A stretch of DNA of 64,000 nt from Mobula hypostoma (GCF_963921235.1 NC_086109.1:18354001-18418000); one strand, 5' to 3'. Positions 27,192 to 39,800 are shown, counted from the stretch's first letter. Made by a program: numbers and translations. The notes: generated from the letters alone by a model not told the origin.

Positions 27192-27995
27192 TTGGGGTGC
27201 AACGGTAGTGTAGCGGTTAGCGCAACGCTCCTGCAATTCAGGGTTTCGGAGTCTGGAGTTCAATTCCAACGACATCTGCAAGGAGTCTGTACGTCCTCCT
27301 TGTGGAATGCTTGGCTTTTCTCCAGGTGCTCCAGTTTCCTCCCACAGTCCAAAGGCCTACTGGTTAGTAACCTCTCCTTCACGTGTTCTACCAGCCTGTT
27401 GCCGCCAGTTCAATCTCCTATGCGGTGGTGTGCTGGGGCAATGGCATCAACACGGGTGATGCCAACAGGCTCAGTAAACTGATTAGAAAGGCTGGTTCTA
27501 TTATAGGAGTCAAAATGGACACACTGGAGGCCATGGTAGAACAAAGGACACTACAGAAGATCCTGGCAATTCTGGACAATGTTTCCCACCCTCTGCATGC
27601 CACCTTGGCTGAACAGAGGAGCACTTTTAGTAATAGACTAAGACAACTGTGCTGCTCCAAAGAGTGCTATATGAGGTAATTTTTACCCTCGGCCATTAGG
27701 TTCTATAATGTCAACTTGGAGCCGGGGAAGTGATGACTCCCTGTTAAGACTGTTTGCAGTAAATTCTTTTTTATTCTTTCTACTTCTGTTCTAATATCTA
27801 TATCTGTGCACTTTAATGCTACTGTGATATTTAATTTCCTTTGGGAGCAATAAAGTATCTACCTATCTATCTCTTAATTGGTCATTGTAAATAATCCTAT
27901 GATTAGGCTAAGGTTGATTCAGGGGTTTCTGCGCAGCGCAGTTCAATTGGCTGGAAGGGCCTATTCTACACAGTATGTCAATCAACCAATAAACA
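27192..27995 (+). mobile_element. V-domain tRNA-SINE (HE1-like) split by a Rex1-like LINE 3' fragment (~27371-27872)
   Basis: A/B-box-like head and V-domain ggtgctccagtttcctcccacagtccaaag. The insert encodes SYAVVCWGNGINTGDANRLSKLIRKAGSIIG...LAILDNVSHPLH and ends aataaagtatctacctatctatct. The SINE resumes at ttaattggtcattgtaaat. Confidence 0.8.
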
Positions 27996-29617
27996 TATTG
28001 GCATAGACGGAATTTGGACTGGCTAACAGGAAACACAAAGTGGAGATAAATGACACTTCTTCTAGTTGGCGAAATGTAAAGTGTGGTGTTCTATCGGGAT
28101 CAATACTGGATCTCCAAATTTAGAAGGCTGTGCTTCAGGACAATGCTGAAACATTATCTGGATAACCATAAACAGTACTGGTCTCTTTATTAAACAAGGA
28201 TATTAATGCATTGGAAGCACCTCAAAGGATTGGGTAGGTTATATAAAAAGAAAGACGGATAAGACTGGGCTTCTACCACTGGGATTCAGAACAGAGAGGA
28301 CACTTGATTAGAGCATTTAACATTCTCAGGGCTCTTGACATGGTGGATGTAGAGAGAATGTTTCCTCCCTTTTGGGATTATCTAGAACTAGGGATCATGA
28401 ACTGAAAATAAAATCTCATTGAAGATATGAAGCATTTTCATTTTCTCTCAAGGGATTAATGGACATTAGAACTTACTCCTTCTATGTGCAGTGGAACCAG
28501 GATTTTAGAATATCTTTAGAATATATCCTTAAGGCAGAGGTAGACAGATTTGCAATAAGCATGGGATGGTGGTGGGGGTAGGAAGGGTGCGAATGAAAGG
28601 TAATTGTGCAAAGGTGACGATGTGGAGTTGAAGCTCCAATCAGAGCAGCTAACATTTCATTAATTAAGATGTTCATATTTGATGCAGCAGGTTTGAGGGG
28701 CCGAGTGGACTACTCCTGTTCTAATTTATATATTTGAATGAAGGATTGGAATGCATCAGAAGCATTATGATTTGAAGCTCAGCATGTATGAAAGAATAGT
28801 AGTTTTAGTAATTTGCTTTTCATTGTGATTTTTAACTCCAGTGCTCAGAGTAAAAATTCTGGAAGCAGGATCATAGATTCAAAGGGCCAATTATTTGGGA
28901 TTAAAATAAAGAGAAATTCCTTAACTCAGATTTTGGGAATTCTTTCCCCTAAAAGGTCATGGATGCTGGGTGTATCCAAATGTAAAAACAACGAATCTTG
29001 GAACTCAAAATGGACTCAATAAATGTATCAAAGAAGAAAATTAGCTTAACATCAGGAGATATTTACTGAATATCAAGAGATATTAAAAGGAGGACCAGAG
29101 ATCTTATAGAAGTATACATTTAAGAGAAGTTTGGATAGTTAGATAAATGAGAGAGTTATGGAGGGTTCAGTCCGGGAGTAGGTTGATGGGACTAGGCAGA
29201 TTGGGTCGACACAGACTAGATGGACTGAAGGGCCTGTTTCGGTGCTGTAGTGCTCGATGACTCTATCACAGGGTTATAGGGTTGGTATGAGAGAATGGTG
29301 CTGAGATAATAGATCAACCAGGATGTTTTGAATAATGGAGTGGGCTCAATGGACTGCTAGCCTACCATCAGTGGTGCAGTACTATCCGGAGCGTACCAGA
29401 GCGCGTACGGCACATCTTTAAGAAAAAAGCCGAAATAAACATGTTAATTAATTAGGTGCCGCCCAGGGTGATTTGAGTACCTCAGAAACTGCTGGTCTTC
29501 TGGGATTTTTACGCACAACAGACTCTGGAGTTTACAAAGAATGATGCCAAAAACAAAAAAAAAACATCCAGCGAGTGGATTTAACAAGATGTTTTCGCTC
29601 ACAGAACAGCTACTGAC

Positions 29618-30466
29618 CTGAGTTAAGTAGGCTGGTGTCAGGGATGCTGCTGGCAGGGGAGGACTCGGTAAGCCCAGTGGGCTCGGGTCACTGCCGGTGA
29701 TGACCAGGGCAGGGGCGAGTTCCAGCTCCTTGGGCTTCTTTGACCTGCCCTTCTGGTGCTTTGTTTCCGCGTTGTCCTGTGACGGATCCTCCCCGTCAGA
29801 GGAGGGCTCCAGCGATTGTGCCAGGTGGTCCGAAGGGCTGGCGGCCAGCTCCGCCTCGATGGGCAAGTCAGCAGGGGCGTCGAAGGAGGAGGCTAAGAGG
29901 GGGGAGCCGGGGCTCAGGGGCAGAGGTGCGGAGGGCGAGACAGAGGAGATGGGTGGGGTGGTGGTGAAGGAGGTCACCGCACTTGGCGCAGATGAAGTTT
30001 CTTCCGACAGCTCAGGCTTCGGCGTGGCAGCAGATGGCGTGGGGATCACCACTGGTTCTACCGCAGGGAGGGGTGAGGGTCTTTTCGGCGGGTTGGTTAC
30101 AAACTTAATCACGGTCACCGGTTCCTGGCAAGGCGGCTGCCTCTTCTCCTCTGGCACCTTCTCTGCCGGGTTCTCGATCTTGATGGATTTAAAGATGTTT
30201 GGGTTGGCTTGCAGTGAGTTCAAGGTGAAGGATGAGTAGAGGCCCGACCGAATGTAATCATTACGGTTGGAGTTCTTGGAGGAAGATGAAGCTCCCTTCT
30301 CCTGGGTATGGTTCTCCTTGTCCTTTTGCGGCCTACTCATATCTGGCAAGCTGGAATCGACACCATTCTCACCCTTACCCACCATGTTGACATCCATCTT
30401 TAATATCTCTGGATAGCACACAAACTTGTACACAAACTTCTGCCCATTCACCTTTTTAATAATGTT
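29618..30466 (-). CDS. ELK4: ELK4 second coding exon, aa 70-352 (end of ETS domain, B-box, D-domain)
   Basis: Acceptor ACAG|AAC ATT ATT AAA AAG (NIIKKVNGQKFVYKFV). Contains the B-box RNDYIRSGLYSSFTLNSL, the ELK4-type motifs IKIENPAEK, VIKFVT and TTTPPISS, and the D-domain RSKKPKELELAPALVITGSDPSPLG. Donor CAG|GTCAGT; 849 nt. Confidence 0.95.
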
Positions 30467-32740
30467 CTGTAGAATGAATGAGAAAATACAGAATAAATAC
30501 TTTAATATACGTTATGATCGTCACAGACATCATGGTCTGAAGGGCCTATTCCTGAACGGTACTGTTTGTCCTATGTTACTCAAATTCTATTTGCCTTGGG
30601 CAAAAACATGCTTTTAATAAATCTCAGAGTTAAACTGAATAATTTACATGAAAACAAGTATGACATTTACAAAAATGATTCCAAGAAATGTGTGACTTAG
30701 AACCTCATACTGTGCAATGCTGAATAACATTAATTTCAAGAACCGCCTCGTTTTCACATCACTTAAACTCTTGTCCAGCAAAAGTCTACAAACTCAGCTA
30801 TTAATTGAGTTTACCTGTAATACTTGTGAAGGAGAATTCCTCACCTCTACCACTGTTTATACGCCCACAGGAAAATGAATCTCATATATGTTCTCTGATA
30901 ATAAACTTTACTCTGAACTTTGAATTTTTTAAGACCATAAGATATAGGAGCAGAATTGTGCCATTTGGCCCATTGGGTCCTACTCCGCCATTTCATCATA
31001 GCTAATCCATTTCCCTCTCAGCCTCAATCTCCCATCTTCTTCCCGTATCCCTTCGTGCTTTAACAAGTCAAGAATCAAACAACTTCTGCCTTAGATATAC
31101 CCAATGACTTGGTCTTGACAGCCGCCTGTGACAACGAAATCCACAGATTCACCACTCTCTGGATAAAGAAATTCCTTCTCATCTCCATTCTAAATGGATG
31201 TCCCTCTATTTTGAGGCTGTGTTCTTGGTCTTAGACTCCCCACCATAGAAACCATCCTTTCCAAAACTACCCTATCAAGGCCTTTCTAGATTCGAAGGGT
31301 TTCAATGAGATCATACTTATTCTTTTGAATTCCCATATGTACAAGCCCAGAGCCATCAAACACTCCTCTTATCACAAGCCTTTCAATCCAAGAATCATTT
31401 TTGTGAAGCTCCTTTATGCTAAGAAATGTTTCCCAATATCTCTTGGCATGATGCTGGCTTTAAACTTCCCTGTCTTAGTCTCCCTATTGCTGAAAACCAC
31501 TAACCTCACCATTCACCTTTGATAATACATCACATAACATAAAATTGCACCAATCATTTTGAATAATAGCAGCCAACATCTGTACAAGCCCATTATCCAG
31601 ATGGAAACAACCAGAGGACACATCCAGCACAACGGCTTTAAGGACCTTACTGGTGACCCCAAGGTTAGGGGTCTCTAGCTTTGACCTTGCCCAAAACAGT
31701 GGGCGAACCTCACTGGAAAGTCCACAGGCCATGGACAGCATGGCTAGAAATGTAAGGTCCTGCATGATTCAAAATATGATTTGTCCACTAGTACCAATCA
31801 AAGAACAAATTGCATAAACCTGTCTATAAGGTTCTTTTGTGGGAGGCATTTCTTTTCCCCGACTGGTACCTCAGGATGCTGCTGAATTGATCAAGATACT
31901 GGATCATTCAAGTGTGAAAACTTCCATGTGTTACAAAAGAAGCTAAGAAAGGTTTCTCCTTAACTATTGTCGGTTCCTATCAAAATCCTCAATTAAACTT
32001 CTCCATTCTTTTCTATATTCCCATTAATACAAACAGTTCTATAATGTTCCCCCTCATAATCTGGCCCTTGGAACTGTACTAACATTCACTAATGGACAGC
32101 AGGTAGGGTTGCTATCAAAGAAACTGTTTTATAGACAATCATGTTCAAAATTAGCAGAGCATAAATGAGCTAACTACTACCAAAGAGAGCAGATCTGGTT
32201 AGTGACCTTCCTGTTACCTATGGAGACACGAGAGACAGCAGATTCTGGAAGCTGGAACAACAAACAAGCTGTTGGAGGAACTTGGTGGGTCAAGCAGCAT
32301 CTATAGGGATGAGGTAATTGCCAATGTTTTGGTGCCAGTGCACGCTCTTAACCCCAAACATTGACCATTCCTTCCCCCCCAAAGAGGTGCTGCTCGATGT
32401 GCCGAGTTCCTCCGGCATATTGCTTCTTGATCCAGATATCCAGACAGCTCTGCTACTTAGCTGACTCAGACACTGATTATAGGTTCTGAGCTTTGGATTT
32501 CTGTATATCATAGGGCTGTGGGCACTGACTTTCTGAACACAAGGATATCAAAGCACTTGGGGATAAGCCAAGGGGAATTAAGGTTCAAGACTGATTGTGA
32601 CACTTAATGATACAGCAAGCTTAAGACCCAGCTGATCTGTTGCTGTTTCACTGCCCTCTATTTTCCTGCTTTGACAATAAGGACTACCTTGTCTACCTAG
32701 GACATAGGAACAAGTTTGCCAGGAAGAGAATAATCTGTAC

Positions 32741-32947
32741 CTTGTCGTAATAGTAGCGTAGCGCACGGCTCAGCTTATCATAATTCATATTGGGCTTGTT
32801 CTTGCGAAAACCCCAGAGTTTGGCTACGTCCTCGGCTTTCAGAAGCTTGAACTCCCCGTCGTTCGAGGTCCAGCAGATCAGGTGGTCGTTCTTGGGCTCC
32901 AGGAGCAGCTGCAGCAAGAACTGCCACAGGGTGATGGTGTTGTCCAT
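32741..32947 (-). CDS. ELK4: ELK4 (SAP-1) first coding exon, N-terminal ETS domain, aa 1-69
   Basis: Encodes [72 protein letters not shown] at 32947; donor AAG|GTACAG at 32741/32740; 207 nt, matching the TCF-family exon boundary after YYYxK. Pyrimidine-rich acceptor region at ~32966-32990. Confidence 0.95.
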
Positions 32948-34895
32948 GCCTGGAACTGCCTCCTGCTGAACAGGCACAGGAGACAGTTAACAAGTTATAC
33001 GGATCAATGGCTCCATTTAATATCAGAGAACGTGTACAGTATACAACCTGAAACTCTTACTCTCCACAGACATCCATGAAACAGAAGAAAAACCCCAAAG
33101 AGTGAATGACAGAAAAACAATAGAACCCCAAGGCTCCACTTGTTCCCATCACTCAAGTTCAAGTTTATTGTCATTCAACTATACTCATAAAACATTGTTC
33201 CTCTAGAGCCAAAGTGCAAAACATGGTAAATAGTGTCACAATCAGGACGAGATAAAGGGCCTCGGCCTGAAACATCAATTGCTTATTTCTCTCCATAGAT
33301 GCTGCCTGATCTGCTGTTCATCCAGCATTTTCTGATTGTTGCACAAAATTGCAGTCTGTGCTTTGTTATCAAGTGAGAGATAAAGACTGGTATAACTCCC
33401 TTGCTCCTATGTAAGATCATGTAACAGGTTATTTTATTTGTAACTGAAGGAGGAGATGCGAACATGACTTTAAAGTCAAACATGAAATGCTGGAAATCCA
33501 AAGCAACACACGTGCAAAATGCTGGAGGACCTCAGCAGGTCAAACAGCATCTACGGAAATGAATAAACAGCTGACGTGTCGGGCCGGGACCCTTCATCAG
33601 GACTCCAGCATTGCGTGTGTGTTGTGTACAGATTTAACGTATCATTCAAACACAGCAGATCTGACTTCAATCTCAGCATGTCCTCAGTAGTGGCACTGGA
33701 TTTGGGTTTATCAGGAGGAATGATGCAGTTGTGCCTTGAGATGGCGCCTTGAACCCTAACTAGCAAATTCAGAAGTGATGCCACTCACTAAGCCAAGTTA
33801 CCTCGATAGCCCAGAAGTTCACCACAGATAAAACTTGCTACTGTCAGACACTCCAGTTGAAACTGAAATAATTACAACAATACAGGTAAAAGTTCGGTGT
33901 CACGGGACAGATCTATAATATATACTAAGAGCAGTTAGCATTTCACATCAAACAGGTTGAGCAATGGTTCATCAGGACGGGAAAGGAAGGGGCAGAAACC
34001 AGAATAAGAAGATGAGGGGTGAGGAAGGAGTAAAAGAGGGCAGGTGATAGGGAGATCAGGTTGGGGGAATGTAGGTGGGTGGGGAGAAAATGAGAAGCTA
34101 GGAGGTGATAGGTGGAAGAGATAAAGGGATGAAGAAGGAGGAATCTGATAGGTGGAAGAGATAAAGGGATGAAGAAGAAGGAATCTGATTGGAGAGGAGA
34201 GTGGACCACAGAAAAAGGGAAAGAGGAGAGTGAGGTGATGGGCAGGTGAGGAAAAGAGAGGGGGTAAAATGGGAGCCAGAATGGGGAATGGAAAATGAAA
34301 GACGGGGAGAGGGGAGAATAAGAATAGAAGTGTCAGAAAAGGTGGGGTCTGACATGGTGAGTCTGCCCGAAGAATAGAAGCAACTAAAAGATGGGGGTGA
34401 GCAAAATAGTAGAAATCAGAACAATCAGTAGGGAGTAGGTGAAGTGGAGATATTGATAATGCTGAAAATCCAAAGCAAAATGATAAATTAGTGGGTAAAA
34501 AAACAGATCAATCAGAATAATGCAGTGAAGTTCAGGTTTTAAGGATGAGACCTTTTTTCTGAATCAGAAAGGTTAACCATTCTCTCTCTCTCTCTCCATC
34601 TCTCTGCCTCTTCCCCCCCACCCCTCCCTTCCTCCATTTTTCCCCTCTCTCTCTTTCTCCCTCCCTTCCTGTCTCACTCTAATTGATTTTATTTATTGAA
34701 GGTGGCAATGCTGCTGGTCAGTCACCAGATGGCACTTGGTAGATAATCAGAATCAGGTTTAATATCACTGGCCTATCTCATGAAAGCTGTTGTTTTGCAA
34801 CACCAGTGCATTGCACAACATAGTAAGTATAAGCAACATACATCAAAGTTGCTGGTGAACGCAGCAGGCCAAGCAGCATCTATAGGAAGAGGCGC

Positions 34896-34931
34896 AGTCG
34901 ACGTTTCAGGCCGAGACCCTTCGTCAGGACT
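34896..34931 (-). ncRNA. Minimal type I hammerhead ribozyme motif (mirror copy, sense to ELK4 transcription)
   Basis: Exact reverse complement of 35259-35294; predicted cleavage between 34900 and 34899. Confidence 0.7.
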
Positions 34932-35258
34932 AACTGAAGGAAGAGTGAGTAAGGGATTTGAAAGCTGGAGGGGGAGGGGGAGATGCAAAATGATAGGAGA
35001 AGACAGGAGGGGGAGGGATAGAGCCGAGAGCTGGACAGGTGATAGGCAAAAGGGGATACGAGAGGATCATGGGACAGGAGGTCCGGGAAGAAAGACAAGG
35101 AGCCCGGACCTCCTGTCCCATGATCCTCTCGTATCCCCTTTTGCCTATCACCTGTCCAGCTCTCGGCTCTATCCCTCCCCCTCCTGTCTTCTCCTATCAT
35201 TTTGCATCTCCCCCTCCCCCTCCAGCTTTCAAATCCCTTACTCACTCTTCCTTCAGTT

Positions 35259-35294
35259 AGTCCTGACGAAGGGTCTCGGCCTGAAACGTCGACT
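35259..35294 (+). ncRNA. Minimal type I hammerhead ribozyme motif (PLE-associated)
   Basis: AGUC-CUGACGA-AGG(GUCUCGG)CCU-GAAA-CG-UC^GACU: 4-bp stem I, full catalytic core, stem II, palindromic ACGU stem III and a GUC cleavage triplet. Confidence 0.7.
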
Positions 35295-36890
35295 GCGCCT
35301 CTTCCTAGAGATGCTGCTTGGCCTGCTGCGTTCACCAGCAACTTTGATGTATGTTGCTTGAATTTCCAGCATCTGCAGAATTCCTGTTGTTTGCATAGTA
35401 AGTATAAATTACAATAAGATATATAAATCAAATAAGCAGTGCAAAGAGAGAGGATGTTTTTAATACTGAGGTAGTGTTCATGGGTTCATTGTCCATTCAG
35501 AACTCTGGCGGCGGAGGGAAAGAAGCTGTTCCTCAAATGTTGAGTGTGTGTCTTCAGGCTTCTGTACCTCATTCCTGATGGTAGCAATGAGAAGAGGGCA
35601 TGGCCTGGGCCCTGAGGATCTTCGATGATGGACGCTGCTTTTCTAGGGCAACGTTTCATGTAAAAGTGCTCAATGGTTGGGTGGGCTCTACCCGTGATGT
35701 ACTGGGCTGAATCCACTACATTTTGTAGGATTTTCTGCTCAAAGGCATTGGTGTTCCCATACCAGGCCGTAATGCAGCCCGTCAGCATACTTTCCACTAC
35801 ACATGTATATAAGTTTCCCAAGGTTTTTGATGACATGCTGAATCTCCGCAGACTCCTGAGGAAGTAGAGGCACTGTTGTGCTTTCTTTGCAGTTATATTC
35901 ATATGACAGATCTAAGACAAGTCCTCTGAGATCGTGACATCCAGGAATTTAAAGTTACTGACCCTCTCCACCTCTGATCCTCCGCTGAGTACTGGTTCAT
36001 GGATCTCTGGTTTCCCTCTCATGAGGTCTACCATCAGTTCCGTGGTCTTATTGACACTGAGTGACAGGTTGTTGTTATTACACCACTCGGCCAAATTTCC
36101 AGTCTCCCTCCTGTATGCTGATTCATCATCACCTTTGATACAGCGCACGACAGTGGTGTCATCAGCAAACTTGCATATGGTGTTGGAGCTGTACTTGGCA
36201 ACACAGTCACACATGTAAAGCAAGTAGAGCGGTGGCTAAACACGCATCCCTGTGATGCTCCTGTGCTGATGGCGATTGTGGAAGTGGTGGTTTTGCCAGT
36301 CCAAGCTAACTGGAGTCTGCAAGTGAGGATATCCAGGATCCAATTGCACAAGGGGGAATTTAGGCCCAGGTCTTAGAGTTTACTGATTAATTCTGAGGGG
36401 ATGATGGTATTAAATTCTGAGCTGTGATCGATAAAGAGCATCCTGATGTATGCATCGTTGTTGTCCAGATGTTTCAGGGTTGTGTGAAGAACCAGTGAGA
36501 TGGCACCCATTGTCGACCTGCTGCTTTGGTAGGCAAACTGGAGCAGATCCAAGTCGCCACTCAGACAGGAGCTGATCTGCTTCATCACCAGGCTCTCAAA
36601 CAGTTCATCACGTTGGATATAAGTGCCACTGGGCAATAGTTATTGAGACAGGTTACCACACTCTTCTTGGGCACCGGTGTGATTGAAGCCTGGTTGAAGC
36701 AGGAAGGTACCACACGCTACTGGAGTGAGAGGTTGAAGATAAATATGAAACAGAATAAAACAAAATTATTTCCATTACAGAGAGTATAGCTACAGATACT
36801 GGTAACCGCTATAGACAACCTTGTAAAAAGATGGCAACCATATTAAAATGTACAAGTATTTCTGATTCAGAACTCTATAAAGATTATAAC

Positions 36891-39800
36891 AAAGACTAAA
36901 ATCATCTACTTACTGTCTCAACCCTGTCCCTGCCACATTTTTTAAGGACTCTCTTAAAGTGTTTTCAATTTTGTTATAAAAAGTATTAACACATCCCTTG
37001 AAACTGGAGTCTTTCCAGATGCCTTCAAACCTGTGTTTGTCAAACCACTACTTAATAAGCCAAAGCTTGATATTGAGGTATTAGCTAACTATAGACCTGT
37101 ATCAAAACTTCTCTTCCTTGGCAGGATTCCTCAGAAACTAATTTTCCACCAACTTGACAACTTCCTGAATGAGAACAATATTCTAAAAAAATGTCTCAGT
37201 CAGGTTTTAGAGCAAACCACAGCATGGAGACAGCCCTTACTAAAGTTGTCTGTGATCTTAAGCTCAGCACCGATGCCAACAGAATATCAGTTCTAATTCT
37301 TCTAAACGTCAACACAATTGGCCACAACGTTCTCTCAGGTCATCTTGAAAACTGGGTTGGGCTCTGTGGTAGCACCCTTAATTGATTTTCTCTGTATATC
37401 TTACAGAGAAATTTCTTATCTGTCTTGGAGACCATTTTCAGAGATATGATATACCTTTTAGTGTTGCTCAGGGAAATTATCCTGGTCCCCTACTCTTCTC
37501 TTTGTAAATGCTCCCCTTAGGAGATATCATTAGAGGGCATGAAATTGATTACTGCAGTTATGCAGATGACACATAATTGAATTATTGAGCCTGATGATGA
37601 TAACACCGTATATTCTCTGACATCTGGTGTGGCTGCAATAAAAAAATGGATGAGCAATAATTTCCTAAAACTAAATGAAGATAAACTTGAAATATTTTTA
37701 GTTGGTCTCAAAGCCAAAAGAGTTAAACATAGAACATAGAATAGTACAGCACAGTACAGGCCCTTCGGTCCACAATGTTGTGCCAACCCTCAAACCCTGC
37801 CTCCCATATAAGCCCCCACCTTAGATTCCTCCATATACCTGTCTAGTAGTCTCTTAAACTTCACTAGTGTATCTGCCTCCACCACTGACTCAGGCAGTGC
37901 ATTCCATGCACCAACCACTCTCTGAGTAAAAAACCTTCCTCTAATATCCCCCTTGAACTTCCCACCCCTTACCTTAAAGCCATGTCCTCTTGTATTGAGC
38001 AGTGGTGCCCTGGGGAAGAGGCGCTGGCTATCCACTCTATCTATTCCTCTTATTATCTTGTATACCTCTATCATGTCCCCTCTCATCCTCCTTCTCTCCA
38101 AAGAGTAAAGCCCTAGCTCCCTTAATCTCTGATCATAATGCATACTTTCTAAACAAGGCAGCATCCTGGTAAATCTCCTCTGTACCCTTTCTAATGCTTC
38201 CACATCCTTCCTATAGTGAGGTGACCAGAACTGGACACAGTACTCCAACTGTGGCCTAACCAGAGTTTTATAGAGCTGCATCATTACATCGCGACTCTTA
38301 AACTCTATCCCTGGACTTATGAAAGCTAACACCCCATAAGCTTTCTTAACTACCCTATCCACCTGTGAGGCAACTTTCAGGGATCTGTAGACATGTACCC
38401 CCAGATCCCTCTGCTCCTCCACACTACCAAGTATCCTGCCATTTACTTTGTACTCTGCCTTGGAGTTTGTCCTTCCAAAGTGTACCATCTCACACTTCTC
38501 CGGGTTGAACTCCATCTGCCACTTCTCAGCCCACTTCTGCATCCTATCAATGTCTCTCTGCAATCTTTGACAATCCTCTACACTATCTACAACACCACCA
38601 ACCTTTGTGTCATCTGCAAACTTGCCAACCCACCCTTCTACCCCTACATCCAGGTCGTTAATAAAAATCACGAAAAGTAGAGGTCCCAGAGCAGATCCCT
38701 GTGGGACACCACTAGTCACAATCCTCCAATCTGAATGTACTCCCTCCACCACCACCCTCTGCCTTCTGCAGGCAAGCCAATTCTGAATCCACCTGACCAA
38801 ACTTCCCTGGATCCCATGCCTTCTAACTTTCTGAATAAGCCTACCATGTGGAACCTTGTCAAATGCCTTACTAAAATCTATATAGATCACATCCACTGCA
38901 CTACCCTCATTTATATGCCTGGTCACCTCCTCAAAGAACTCTATCAGGCTTGTTAGACACGATCTGCCCTTCACAAAGCCATGCTGACTGTCCCTGATCA
39001 GACCATGATTCTCTAAATGCCTATATATCCGATCTCCAAGAATCTTTTCCAACAGCTTTCCCACCACAGACGTAAGGCTCACTGGTCTATAATTACCCGG
39101 ACTATCCCTACTACCTTTTTTGAACAAGGGAACAACATTCCCCTCCCTCCAGTCCTCCGGTACCATTCCCATGGACAACGAGGACATTAAGATCCTAGCC
39201 AGAGGCTCAGCAATCTCTTCTCTCACCTCGTGGAGCAGCCTGGGGAATATTCCGTCAGGCCCCAGGGACTTATCTGTCCTAATGTATTTTAACAACTCCA
39301 ACACTTCCTCTCCCTTAATATCAACATGCTCCAGAACATCAACCTCACTCATATTGTCCTCACCATCATCAAGTTCCCTCTCATTGGTGAATACCGAAGA
39401 GAAGTATTCATTGAGGACCTCGCTCACTTCTACAGCCTCCAGGCACATCTTCCCACCTTTATCTCTAATCGGTCCTACCTTCACTCCTGTCATCCTTTTT
39501 TTCTTCACATAATTGAAGAATGCCTTGGGGTTTTCCTTTACCCTACTCGCCAAGGCCTTCTCATGCCCCCTTCTTGCTCTTCTCGGCCCCTTCTTAAGCT
39601 CCTTTCTTGCTTCCCTATATTCCTCAATAGACCCATCTGATCCTTGCTTCCTAAACCTCATGTATGCTGCCTTCTTCCACCTGACTAGATTTTCCACCTC
39701 ATTTGTCACCCATGGTTCCTTCACCCTACCATTCTTTATCTTCCTCACCAGGACAAATTTATCCCTTACATCCCGCAAGAGATCTCTAAACATCGACCAC

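Larger units (their letters stand above)
34833..35393. mobile_element. Palindromic Penelope-like insertion with 257-bp inverted arms
   Basis: Arms 34831-35087 and 35103-35359, 15-nt spacer, one mismatch seen. The ORF track shows mirror-image peptides. TSD CATAGTAAGTATAA at 34819-34832 and 35394-35407. Confidence 0.9.
34747..36741 (-). mobile_element. Decayed Rex1/Babar-like non-LTR retrotransposon (RT plus 3' end), interrupted by the palindromic insertion
   Basis: Frameshifted peptides LQFAYQSSRST, YIRMLFIDHSSEFNTIIP, CNWILD, KFADDTTVV and KKAQQCLYFLRSLRRF...LTGCITAWYGN. The 3'UTR ends at tcagaatcaggtttaat (~34748). Confidence 0.85.

Noticed and set aside
29697..30239. 180-aa plus-strand ORF
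   Set aside because: Antisense shadow of the GC-rich, Pro/Ser-rich ELK4 exon; no recognisable motif.
32948..32977. N-terminal extension [10 protein letters not shown] from the ORF track
   Set aside because: It starts at a GTG inside the acceptor pyrimidine tract; the conserved TCF start is MDxxITLWQF at 32947.
34780..35431. Pair of 183-193-aa ORFs on opposite strands
   Set aside because: Mirror products of the palindrome; non-coding PLE terminal sequence.
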